Positions 55,626-64,000 of a stretch of 64,000 nt of DNA are shown here, piece after piece. Origin of the DNA: an uncultured virus (IMG/VR IMGVR_UViG_3300042888_000268) (taxonomy: Duplodnaviria > Heunggongvirae > Uroviricota > Caudoviricetes); IMG/VR virus record IMGVR_UViG_3300042888_000268; one strand, 5' to 3'. The first letter of the stretch is position 1, and every line of letters begins with the position of its first letter. Made by a program: the position numbers and the translations under genes. The notes under the pieces are model-generated. The model was not told where the DNA came from, ran no database searches, and saw only the letters and a list, made by a program, of their open reading frames with translations.

Positions 55626-56738
55626 TTAATAAGCTAATGTATAATCTCTATAAACGTTTATACGATAGATAACACCATTATGAGTATGAACAACCGGATT
55701 ATTTACTGAACCCCCACTGCTATTAAATACTTCTATACCATTTACTTGATAATTAAAAGTGCTTGGGTCAGTAGTACTAAATCTAAGATTTGTACTACGC
55801 AAACTAGACCAGTTTGAACCTGTAGTACCTTGAACAGCCATAGATTCAGTAGCTGGAAGATCTAATCCACTAATAATAACTTCTTGAGATGTATTGTTAT
55901 TAGTGCCAGATACACCAGAACCTGTAATAGCATACCCTATTCTTATACTAAATGGTAAAAGATTATTACCAGTTAATAACATACCCATTGCTTCACCAGT
56001 TAATGTCCAACGAACTGTAGCATTGCTTGTACCTGAATTAATTTCAAAAGCATTAAGATAGAGTGATCTTGTAGGTAAAGCAGTTCCTCCTCCAGTATAT
56101 GTTAAATTACAAGTGAGAGAACCATTTACTAATGTAGTGGGATTACCAGATGCAAAGGATATATTACTAATTCTGTCATTAGATCCAGATGCTTGAACAT
56201 ATGATGTAGATGTAGAACTACCAGATGGAATCGTAAGACTAACATTGGATGATGTACTACCTATAGGACTAGCACAATCTCCTGTCTCTACTGTCTGAGT
56301 AAGATTTACAGTTAATGCCGTAGATGTATTTACAAGAGCTCCACCTTCGGTAGTAAGTTTAATTCTATAGCCAGGTTTAGTACAACTTGTTGTATTACCA
56401 GATGCTCCAATTTCATAACTTACAGATGGGTCTTCATAAAGTACTACTCTATAAGGACATGCTGGAGTAGTTGGTGTGCCACCACCTCCACCTGAACTTG
56501 CAATAACAACAGGACCAAAAGATCTTGGAGTTCCATAGCTAACTCCACATTTAGCTTCTATTGTTCCAGAATAACTAGTTGAATTTAAGTCTGTAAGTAC
56601 TAAAGGAAATGCTGTAGTAAATACAGTACTAATATTAGTAGGACTACTTGTTGGCCAATATTTAACACGGTACTCAGTTACATACTGATATCCGTTTCCA
56701 GTTGGGGGTGTAAAATTTATAGTTAAACTATATGGCAT
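55626..56738 (-). CDS. Tail/capsid appendage protein with N-terminal FN3-like module
   Basis: Thr/Ser/Gly-rich beta sequence; N-terminal YRVKYWP...YSGTIEAKCG module. Confidence 0.65.
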   Translation of the reverse strand: MPYSLTINFTPPTGNGYQYVTEYRVKYWPTSSPTNISTVFTTAFPLVLTDLNSTSYSGTIEAKCGVSYGTPRSFGPVVIASSGGGGGTPTTPACPYRVVLYEDPSVSYEIGASGNTTSCTKPGYRIKLTTEGGALVNTSTALTVNLTQTVETGDCASPIGSTSSNVSLTIPSGSSTSTSYVQASGSNDRISNISFASGNPTTLVNGSLTCNLTYTGGGTALPTRSLYLNAFEINSGTSNATVRWTLTGEAMGMLLTGNNLLPFSIRIGYAITGSGVSGTNNNTSQEVIISGLDLPATESMAVQGTTGSNWSSLRSTNLRFSTTDPSTFNYQVNGIEVFNSSGGSVNNPVVHTHNGVIYRINVYRDYTLAY

Positions 56739-56741
56739 CTA

Positions 56742-57299
56742 TTAAGTATTAGACATTGAAAAATTTGTTACTCCACTACCATTAGTACAATTAACTTCTG
56801 TAAGAGTCCATGTATAACTTCCTATAGGAATATTAGCAGATGCCACTGTAAGAGGAGTGTTACTTGCAGTAACTGTAGAAGTTACTGTAGCAGTTATAGT
56901 TTGTCCTTGTTTAATAGTAAGTGTAGCTCCCGGTCTTGATCCTGATCCACTATAGTATACAGTGGTAACCTTAGCTTTATATCCTGCAGTGTACACTACA
57001 AGAACTCCTGTAGATGCATTACCGCAACTAGCAATAGGATTACCTCCAGTAATAGAATAAGGAGGATTCTCAACGAGAGTTACATTAAATGCAACTGGAG
57101 TACTTAACACTCCACCGCCACATGCAGCTTGAATTGTTCCTTGGTATACACCAGCAGGAACATTATTAAAAACAGCAGGACTTGCCGTAACTGTTTTTCC
57201 ATCACCATCTTCAATTCTACCAACAGGCCAGTATTTAACTACATAGCCTCCAATTGGAGCAGGGGTTGTACCAGTAAAAGTTACAGTTAAAGTTGCCAT
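56742..57299 (-). CDS. Appendage protein with N-terminal FN3-like module
   Basis: YVVKYWP...YQGTIQAACG, paralogous to both neighbours. Confidence 0.65.
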   Translation of the reverse strand: MATLTVTFTGTTPAPIGGYVVKYWPVGRIEDGDGKTVTASPAVFNNVPAGVYQGTIQAACGGGVLSTPVAFNVTLVENPPYSITGGNPIASCGNASTGVLVVYTAGYKAKVTTVYYSGSGSRPGATLTIKQGQTITATVTSTVTASNTPLTVASANIPIGSYTWTLTEVNCTNGSGVTNFSMSNT

Positions 57300-57302
57300 T
57301 TA

Positions 57303-57734
57303 TTATGCAATTACATCTAAACGTGATACCCCAGTCATAGGGCTAATGCTGCCTTCATATGCTGAAACAGTAACAGCAGTTGTTCCTACAGTTACAGTGG
57401 TAGATTGGTTTGTACTACAAGACGTGTAAGTATATGTAGTACCATTTGTAGCAAATGAATATAAGAAACAAGTTTTAACAGATCCAGAAACAGCAAAATA
57501 ACTAGTTTTACCTAAGTTACCATCTCCACAATTTGCTTGTATAGTTCCTTCAATGTTATAACAAGCTGGTACATTTGGAATAAGAATAGGATTATTATAT
57601 AATCCTTCTACAGTATTCCATGCAGTGTTGCCTACCGCTCTCCATTGTACAGTGTATCCATTAGCTGGTTCTACTGCAGGAGGAGCATAATTTAAACTAA
57701 GTACTTTATATTTATCACATTCAGGTAATGCCAT
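57303..57734 (-). CDS. Appendage protein with N-terminal FN3-like module
   Basis: YTVQWRA...IEGTIQANCG. Confidence 0.65.
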   Translation of the reverse strand: MALPECDKYKVLSLNYAPPAVEPANGYTVQWRAVGNTAWNTVEGLYNNPILIPNVPACYNIEGTIQANCGDGNLGKTSYFAVSGSVKTCFLYSFATNGTTYTYTSCSTNQSTTVTVGTTAVTVSAYEGSISPMTGVSRLDVIA

Positions 57735-57743
57735 ATATTAATT

Positions 57744-58169
57744 TTAGCAAGTTACAGTGGTAAGTGAAAGACTAGCACTACCAGATACAACAGCTGGTGT
57801 AGTAAGTAATGCACAAATAGTTTGTGGGCTAGTTAAATTAGTAACGGTTATAGAAGTTATTACACCTAGTTTACTTAAGTATTCAACAGTGGCTTTTCCT
57901 TGTACAGCAGTGACAGTGATAACATAATTTTTTGCTACGGGATTAGCTCCTAATAAAAAAACATTTAAGGCTGCAAAAGCAGTCTTTAAACGCATACCAT
58001 TAGTAATACCAAGTGATGGTAAATTAGGACCAGTGTATTTTACACACTGGCTAAATAACAAATCTTCACAAGGCTCACTAGAAGGAGGACAATCAGGTAA
58101 CCCTACAGCATTGGCAGGATCTGGATTGTTACAGTCATAACAGTTTTGTAAAGGAAGTCCTGAAGACAT
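57744..58169 (-). CDS. Cys-rich structural protein
   Basis: SQCVKYTGPNL module shared with 58190-59416. Confidence 0.6.
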   Translation of the reverse strand: MSSGLPLQNCYDCNNPDPANAVGLPDCPPSSEPCEDLLFSQCVKYTGPNLPSLGITNGMRLKTAFAALNVFLLGANPVAKNYVITVTAVQGKATVEYLSKLGVITSITVTNLTSPQTICALLTTPAVVSGSASLSLTTVTC

Positions 58170-58189
58170 ATCAAATAAGTTTTAAAATA

Positions 58190-59416
58190 TTAAGCTAATG
58201 ATGCTGTTACACCTGTTACAGTAGGACAAGGAATAGTAATAGTTTCTGTATAAGACTTATTACAAGAAACACCATCTTTGATTACGCAACCTTCTACGGT
58301 AATAGTATATGGTGAAGAGAAGTTTAAACCTGATGAAGCAATTGCAAATGTTACACCTGCAGTGTTACTTACAGCAGTTGATAATATAACACGTCCTGTA
58401 TAAGTTTTACCAACATTATCTTTAATTGTAACTGAAGCACCTGCTCCATCACAATCACTAAATCCTGTAGGAATTGTAGTATAAGTATCAAATCTTAATG
58501 TAACATTCTGACGAGTGTTATCAGCAAAAGCAGCAAACTTAAGAATAAAGCCAGCACATGCTCCACCACCAGCACCTGTTCCAATAATATCTTTCATAAC
58601 AGCTCTCATATCACAAACTGTCAACCATAAGTTATGAAATGAATCAGCAAGTGTAGTTATAGTAGGTTTCCATCCTGGGATGTTACCTAACGCTCCACTT
58701 TGAGAAAAGGCTGTAGCCTGAGCTAAACCAGCACATTGTTGTGCGGCAGCAGCTGTGATAGCAGTTGTAGTACCTAGTGTTCCTCTAAGAACACAAAACT
58801 GATCTTCTAAAGTATCTAAAGCTAGGTTAAGAGTCTTAGCGGTAGTGTCAGTTCCATATATACAGTTAGGGACAATTGTAGGAAGTAAGTCTGTAGTTTT
58901 GTTTTCAAGAACTACAATTCTATTTTCATGACCTGTAATTTGACTAGTATGGTTATTTACCAAAGTGTTCATAGCACAAACCTTAGTAGCCATTGTACTA
59001 CTAAATGCAGTGTGGGCTACAGAGGTAACATTCTGACCTTGAGCATTTACATATTGTAAACATGCTGGCAAGGTTAAATTTGGTTCTATATAATCACTAG
59101 TACCATTTTGCAAATCAGTAATGAGTTGTTCTATATCACAAGTCTTTGTGATGATAAGATCTAATACGGCTGACAAGGTTTTTACTGGCTCTGGACAAGT
59201 TTGACAAGCTTGAACTACACAGGATAAGTCAAGATCAGAAAGATCTAAATGGGCTTGCAAATCACATAGTTCTACAGCAAGTTTGTAGACTACATCTGAT
59301 ACGGTATCACCGTTGCAAAGGTTAATACATGACAGGCTCGGACCCTGCCATATTACGCAATTGGAAGAGACTGGAGCACAACCCTTATCAGCAGTATTAG
59401 ATTTTGTAGGTAACAT
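58190..59416 (-). CDS. Cys-rich fibre/hub structural protein
   Basis: SNCVIWQGPSL module, coiled-coil segments and a beta-rich C-terminal domain. Confidence 0.65.
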   Translation of the reverse strand: MLPTKSNTADKGCAPVSSNCVIWQGPSLSCINLCNGDTVSDVVYKLAVELCDLQAHLDLSDLDLSCVVQACQTCPEPVKTLSAVLDLIITKTCDIEQLITDLQNGTSDYIEPNLTLPACLQYVNAQGQNVTSVAHTAFSSTMATKVCAMNTLVNNHTSQITGHENRIVVLENKTTDLLPTIVPNCIYGTDTTAKTLNLALDTLEDQFCVLRGTLGTTTAITAAAAQQCAGLAQATAFSQSGALGNIPGWKPTITTLADSFHNLWLTVCDMRAVMKDIIGTGAGGGACAGFILKFAAFADNTRQNVTLRFDTYTTIPTGFSDCDGAGASVTIKDNVGKTYTGRVILSTAVSNTAGVTFAIASSGLNFSSPYTITVEGCVIKDGVSCNKSYTETITIPCPTVTGVTASLA

Positions 59417-59440
59417 AAGTAGTTATATATCAATGAGTTA

Positions 59441-59944
59441 TTAACAATCAATTACATTCTCAGCTCCGAATAAACCGTCAAGCTTAGCTTTCAATTTACC
59501 ATATCCAAATGCAAAGATGTCTATTTCTTCAGCTCCTGACATATCAGGTACTGTCTTAGTAATTGTTTCTTCAACATCTTGCTCTTCCATAGAATGTCTA
59601 GTAACAGTTTGAGTAGTTGGTTCACCACCTTCTTCTGTTGCAGGTACAGTAACTTCTTCAGTAGTTTCCACTGGAACCATACGTTTAACCGTAATAGTTT
59701 CAGTAACTTCTTTAGTCATAGGTACATACAAGCTTTCACCAATTTGTTGGTTTCTAGATACTCCACCATAAGGTCCAGGATAACCTGCACCAATAGCTGG
59801 AGTTAAGTCAGCTTGAGACTGATAGATTTCAATACGGAAGTTAGCAGATCCATACTTAGAAATTTGGTAATCTGCAATACGAATGTAAGCTTCAGATGTA
59901 ATACCTTTATCGGTTCCAATCTGAGTAGTAATTTTTAGTGCCAT
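59441..59944 (-). CDS. Hypothetical tail-associated protein
   Basis: 167 aa, preceded by the phage promoter motif; Glu/Thr-rich insert. Confidence 0.6.
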   Translation of the reverse strand: MALKITTQIGTDKGITSEAYIRIADYQISKYGSANFRIEIYQSQADLTPAIGAGYPGPYGGVSRNQQIGESLYVPMTKEVTETITVKRMVPVETTEEVTVPATEEGGEPTTQTVTRHSMEEQDVEETITKTVPDMSGAEEIDIFAFGYGKLKAKLDGLFGAENVIDC

Positions 59945-59974
59945 GTAATATTAAGTTTAAAAAGTTTAGATACT

Positions 59975-59998
59975 CTACAATATAATATACGGAAAAAA
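59975..59998 (-). promoter_or_regulatory. Phage-specific promoter motif
   Basis: Minus strand TTTTTTCCGTATATTATATTGTAG, 30 nt before the ATG at 59944 and just downstream of a terminator. Confidence 0.65.
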
Positions 59999-60010
59999 GG
60001 TCTATAAAAC

Positions 60011-60042
60011 AAAAAAACCATCTAGATTTCTCCAGATGGTTT
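60011..60042 (-). terminator. Intrinsic terminator
   Basis: Minus strand AAACCATCTGGA-GAAA-TCTAGATGGTTT followed by TTTT. Confidence 0.8.
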
Positions 60043-60068
60043 ATAGTACGTATACTAGACTTGGTTGC

Positions 60069-60584
60069 TTATTTCATAGGGACTACCTTAGCTTCTTCCA
60101 CCTTTATAAGTTTAAAGAAGGTACCATAGTTTTCTGATGTTTCTACATTAGCAAAATCTGCTAGTGTAATTGGCTTATATTCCAACTCCTTTTCAGTTTG
60201 TAAAAGCTCATTAAACTCTTTCTCAAACAATTGAAAATCAGGGTTTAAGATCTTTCTAGGACCAGTTTTTCCTTCAGCATCAGGCTCTGTATATACTACA
60301 GCTCCATCTGCATCAACCTCATCAATAGCCATAGGAATAGAGATGCCACCATTGCCATCTTCTTTTCCGTACTTCTTGATCAAGTCATTCTTAAGTTCTT
60401 CCACTGCAGCCTTTTCAGCTGTTACTTTTTTACCTAGGTCTGTTAACCAATACTTAGTTACTAAAGGTAACTTTTCTTGTAATAAACCAGAGGCAGTTTT
60501 TTCACCAGTTTGTTGGTTGGTGATACCATTGAGTTCAGCTTCTAGGTTGTAGAACTCATAAAGTTTTAATGTAATTTTTTCCAT
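60069..60584 (-). CDS. DUF1617-like hypothetical protein (possible tail chaperone)
   Basis: YWLTDL...DLIKKYGKEDGNG...FEKEFNELL pattern. Confidence 0.5.
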   Translation of the reverse strand: MEKITLKLYEFYNLEAELNGITNQQTGEKTASGLLQEKLPLVTKYWLTDLGKKVTAEKAAVEELKNDLIKKYGKEDGNGGISIPMAIDEVDADGAVVYTEPDAEGKTGPRKILNPDFQLFEKEFNELLQTEKELEYKPITLADFANVETSENYGTFFKLIKVEEAKVVPMK

Positions 60585-60611
60585 AAATGGGTTTTAAAGA
60601 TTAATCTAATA

Positions 60612-60619
60612 CAAAGTTA
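60612..60619 (-). promoter_or_regulatory. Bacteroidota-type -7 box
   Basis: TAACTTTG on the minus strand, 27 nt upstream of the ATG at 60584. Confidence 0.45.
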
Positions 60620-60668
60620 TGTATATTAATCAATAACTATGCCAATGACATATTAACATATGTGGATA

Positions 60669-61478
60669 TTATTCAAAATCACCTCCGCCACCTCCCCCAC
60701 CACCACCGCCACCAAAGCAGCATGCTTCTGTGTTATACTGAATAACTTCTGCTTGGTATGATCCTCCACTTCCGTTTGCTCTTATAGCAACTAAATTACA
60801 TCCTACACATTCACTATTTAAATACTCTCCATATGCTGGATAACAAGGTCCATTATCTACAATTCCTCTTGTTCCACCACCTGTATATCCAGTAACACCT
60901 TGAGAACCTATATGTCCAGCACCGTCATTTGTTGAAAAATTCCAAATTCTACCTTTTCTAGCACATATTGTCGTTGTTTGCCCATTTGGTAAGCCATTTA
61001 TAACTTGTAAAGAACCATTACAATCAACCCACCATATACTACCAGTACCTTGGCCAGTTCTTGATGATGTAATCGTATAACTGTGACATGCATTAATATC
61101 ATTGCAATCACAAGGAAATCCTATATCTAAATAAGCAGATCCATTTGTATTAGTCCAAGTAAAACTACCCTCTAAAGCACACGGTACAACGTAATGCCAA
61201 TTACCTGCTCCAGTATTATAAACTGATTGAGTTACACCATTACAATCAATCCAAGAAACAGTACCAGCGTAACCAGTTGAACCTAATAAATAGGCTCTGT
61301 AATTAAATACACAATTTGAAGTTGATATAATCATTCCAGAAAAGTTTACCTGATAACTTGTAGTGCCATCAGATACCCAACCAGGTCCTACGGTTGCTGT
61401 TCTTTTAATATCAGTATAAAGATAACAACCCGTGGTTAAACTAGAACAATAACTATAAAAAGGTAAACATTGTGCCAT
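60669..61478 (-). CDS. Cys-rich appendage protein with poly-Gly tail
   Basis: Two WxDCNG...CA modules; ends in GGGGGGGGGGDFE. Confidence 0.65.
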   Translation of the reverse strand: MAQCLPFYSYCSSLTTGCYLYTDIKRTATVGPGWVSDGTTSYQVNFSGMIISTSNCVFNYRAYLLGSTGYAGTVSWIDCNGVTQSVYNTGAGNWHYVVPCALEGSFTWTNTNGSAYLDIGFPCDCNDINACHSYTITSSRTGQGTGSIWWVDCNGSLQVINGLPNGQTTTICARKGRIWNFSTNDGAGHIGSQGVTGYTGGGTRGIVDNGPCYPAYGEYLNSECVGCNLVAIRANGSGGSYQAEVIQYNTEACCFGGGGGGGGGGGDFE

Positions 61479-61487
61479 AATTAATAT

Positions 61488-62279
61488 TTAAAGATTACCA
61501 TTACAATTATTTGAAAGAGTATGCACACAAGCATCATTTGCAGAAGTTGTACTATAAGATTTATTATAAGAATAAGTTATAAATGACCATGCTTTAACAT
61601 AATAACTTGTCCCAGCTTGAACAGTAAAACTATGAGTAAGCTCTGTTAAATTAGGAGCAAATGATGCGTTTTTAAATACAGATTGATCATGTATTAATGC
61701 TCCATTAGCAAACACTTGTAAAAACCCATATCCAGGAGCATCCCATCCATAACTTGGTCCATCAGGAGTTGGTAAACCAAAATTAGCTTGAACAGTAATT
61801 TGATTTCCTACTCTTACAGCACTTGACATATTAGGAGACTCTTGAGGACCTCCAAAAAATAACCAGTCTAAATTAGATCCTGGATCTAATCTTAGTGGAA
61901 CTCCATTTACATACCCACCTAAGTCAGCATTTAAATACGGATTACCTTCTTGATTTAAATTAAAATAAAAAGAGGGACTACCACTAGTGTCTACTAACCT
62001 TGTAGCATTTATATAATCATAGTTACAAGTAAGCCAAGGAGAAGGACCAGAATTATATTGTGTTTGACCATTACCTAAATCTGTAGTCCAACTACTAAAA
62101 GGTATAAATGCACCTGTAGAAGAATCACCAACATCCACATGAACACGGTTAGCTACTTCTTGACGAGTTAAACATCTATTAGTAGCAGGTATAGTTTGAC
62201 CAGCTCGTAACCCAATTAACTTTTCGTTAACCATAGCTTGAAGTTCATCTCCAGTTATTTGAAAACCGTTACTTCTCAT
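61488..62279 (-). CDS. Putative tail-fibre-associated protein
   Basis: 263 aa, beta-rich; start overlaps the fibre stop. Confidence 0.6.
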   Translation of the reverse strand: MRSNGFQITGDELQAMVNEKLIGLRAGQTIPATNRCLTRQEVANRVHVDVGDSSTGAFIPFSSWTTDLGNGQTQYNSGPSPWLTCNYDYINATRLVDTSGSPSFYFNLNQEGNPYLNADLGGYVNGVPLRLDPGSNLDWLFFGGPQESPNMSSAVRVGNQITVQANFGLPTPDGPSYGWDAPGYGFLQVFANGALIHDQSVFKNASFAPNLTELTHSFTVQAGTSYYVKAWSFITYSYNKSYSTTSANDACVHTLSNNCNGNL

Positions 62280-64000
62280 TATTTAGATTCTAATTGTTTT
62301 ATTCTAACTTCTAATTCCTGTACTGCTTTTAATAACACACCAATAGTATTATTAGAATCCATTACATTCTTGTTTCTTGTAGATAATTCTTCTGGGGTAT
62401 CTTCTGCAATAAAACCTACATGCTTATTTATAATATCTGTTTTATAGTTAAAACTTACTACAGTGACATCTCTAATAATATCTAATGCAGATTTTGTAAA
62501 AGGATTAATATTTGTTTTTAATTCTCTACTAGATGCTTGATAAAAACCTGTTGCTACTAACTGACCACTAGCATTTCTTAATGCAATAGTATCTGCAGTT
62601 TCTGAGGCTGTAATTGTTTTAGTAACACTAAATGCTGTACCAGTTAATGTAAGTCCAGTGCTTGCTGTATAGGTAGTGTTAGTATCTGTATCAGCATCAT
62701 CACGCCATGCTGGTTCTCCAGTAGCATTTGTCTTCCAAACTTTATTAGCAACATCTCCTGGTGCAGCTACATAACCGGCTACTGTTTTAGTGTTGGCATT
62801 CCAAGTGTTAGTATCTGTGTCTACATAAGAAGAAGCTATTTGAAATATACCAGCAGAAACTTCACTAATAGTTACATTAGCTCCTTGACGTAAACGAATA
62901 TTACCAGTTCTATAATCAGTAGCTGATGTAGTTCCATCACTATCTTCACGTCTAATTGATGTAACTGTATTGGTATCTGTATCAGTATCTGCGTCATCTC
63001 TCCATGCAGGATTACCTGCTGCATCTGTTTTCCACACCTTATTTGCCACTGCACCAGGAGCGGCTACATAACCTGCTACATCTTTAGAGTTGGCATTCCA
63101 TGTATTAGTATCCGTATCTACATCTGCTCCCCATGCAGCTGCACCATCTGCAGACCATCTTAATATTTGACCAGCTACTCCTCCTGCGGGAATGTGTTTA
63201 TTACCAGCAGTAGTTGGATGAACATAAACTGTATCAGTGTCTGTATCAGGAGGTACAACCCATGTACCATCTTCTCGTAAATATCTATTAGTAGTTGCTG
63301 CTCCTGGATTAGGTACAAGACCAGCTACAGTTCTTGTAAAGTTAACATAAGTAGTATTAGTATCAGTTGATGATAATACACCATTACCATCTATAGAAAG
63401 ATTAGTACCCACCTTTATACCACCAAGAACACTAGAAGTTGCTATAGGTAATGTATAAGTTGAAGCAGTAGTTATAGTCCAAGCTCTATCTGCTGACAAG
63501 TCATAAGCAGTTCCATTAATAGTTATTGTTCTAGTAGTTGGAACATAAGAACTTAAATCACTTGTCAATGCTATTGTTCCACTTGCATTTGGAAAAGTAT
63601 AAGTTCTACCAACATCATTAGTTAAACCACTAAAATCAAAAGTTGCAGTTTTATTATATGAACTTGTAAGAAATGAATTAAATATAAATTGTTGAGTTGC
63701 ACCGGCACCAATAGTATTAAAACCACTAGAAGCTTGCACACTATTACCATTCTTTATAAATATTTGCCCAGCAGCCATTCCACTACCATTTGCAATTGTA
63801 AATCTAGAACTTATATCAAATGCTCCTAAATTAACTGTGCTTGTTGCACCTGTGTATGGTACATAAAGACTTAAGTTATAAGTAGGTAATGTCTGCCAGC
63901 TCTTATCACCTCTCCAATACTGAGATATTGTACCAGCAGTTATAACAGGTTCATAAGTAGTAGCAGCTGAAGCAGTAGTTAGATATGTACTATTATCTAA
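62279..64000 (-). CDS. Tail fibre with C-terminal peptidase S74-like intramolecular chaperone (5' end outside the window)
   Basis: The frame stays open from 64000 (LDNSTYL...QYWRGDKSWQTL...YVPYTGAT). C-terminal SSRELKTNI...GFIAED...LLKAVQEL is the S74 chaperone signature. Confidence 0.85.
   Translation of the reverse strand, partial: LDNSTYLTTASAATTYEPVITAGTISQYWRGDKSWQTLPTYNLSLYVPYTGATSTVNLGAFDISSRFTIANGSGMAAGQIFIKNGNSVQASSGFNTIGAGATQQFIFNSFLTSSYNKTATFDFSGLTNDVGRTYTFPNASGTIALTSDLSSYVPTTRTITINGTAYDLSADRAWTITTASTYTLPIATSSVLGGIKVGTNLSIDGNGVLSSTDTNTTYVNFTRTVAGLVPNPGAATTNRYLREDGTWVVPPDTDTDTVYVHPTTAGNKHIPAGGVAGQILRWSADGAAAWGADVDTDTNTWNANSKDVAGYVAAPGAVANKVWKTDAAGNPAWRDDADTDTDTNTVTSIRREDSDGTTSATDYRTGNIRLRQGANVTISEVSAGIFQIASSYVDTDTNTWNANTKTVAGYVAAPGDVANKVWKTNATGEPAWRDDADTDTNTTYTASTGLTLTGTAFSVTKTITASETADTIALRNASGQLVATGFYQASSRELKTNINPFTKSALDIIRDVTVVSFNYKTDIINKHVGFIAEDTPEELSTRNKNVMDSNNTIGVLLKAVQELEVRIKQLESK
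62680..63120 (-). repeat. Internal ~47-aa duplication in the tail fibre
   Basis: DTDTNTWNANSKDVAGYVAAPGAVANKVWKTDAAGNPAWRDDADTDT (~62978-63120) and DTDTNTWNANTKTVAGYVAAPGDVANKVWKTNATGEPAWRDDADTDT (~62680-62820). Confidence 0.85.

Noticed and set aside
19003..62447. Numerous + strand ORFs of 60-121 aa inside the minus-strand genes (e.g. 21004, 23242, 25111, 32000, 35561)
   Set aside because: They are antisense shadows of long coding genes, rich in Ser/Leu/Phe/Ile, with no motifs.
62680..63120. Tail-fibre duplication as a diversity-generating retroelement TR/VR pair
   Set aside because: Both copies are in frame within one gene, differences are not confined to adenines, and no reverse transcriptase is present in the window.
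17226..64000. Stop-codon reassignment (TAG or TGA), known in some crAss-like phages
   Set aside because: Genes up to 9.4 kb are uninterrupted in the standard code, TAG ends genes at clean boundaries (3742, 22578, 46303), and no suppressor tRNA is visible.
1..64000. tRNA genes, rRNA or CRISPR arrays
   Set aside because: Intergenic gaps are under ~170 bp and show no cloverleaf, T-loop consensus or regularly spaced repeats by eye. tRNAscan-SE would confirm.

Overview
A 64-kb segment of a crAss-like (Crassvirales-type) phage genome. The host is most likely in Bacteroidota, judged from TAnnTTTG promoter boxes and AT-rich leaders without Shine-Dalgarno motifs. The standard genetic code is used. 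Bases 92-17222 (+) hold a replication and nucleotide-metabolism module: a DnaA-domain-IV-like HTH protein, SF4 helicase, Sak4-like ATPase, primase, HNH nuclease, PD-(D/E)XK nuclease, family B DNA polymerase, DUF932-like protein, dNMP kinase, metallophosphoesterase, thioredoxin and many small ORFs. This arm converges on a minus-strand late module (17226-64000). Read in its direction of transcription, that module has tail-fibre and Cys-rich appendage genes, a phosphoesterase, an HU/IHF-like protein, ring proteins, a muzzle-like protein and seven large capsid-cargo/ejection proteins, one of which is a ~3120-aa virion RNA polymerase (DFDIDK). Capsid, portal and terminase genes are not in the window. 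The most striking observation is that the seven cargo proteins (~9,600 aa) contain only four cysteines by my reading. All four sit at the adjoining termini of the three giant proteins (1439 aa, RNAP, 1782 aa), which suggests a head-to-tail disulfide-linked ejection train. Other highlights are a NADAR-like domain and possible ART-like and macro-like domains in cargo proteins, a polyprotein-like cargo protein punctuated by xxxGG motifs, and a phage-specific promoter motif. All family assignments come from motifs read by eye; no database search was run.
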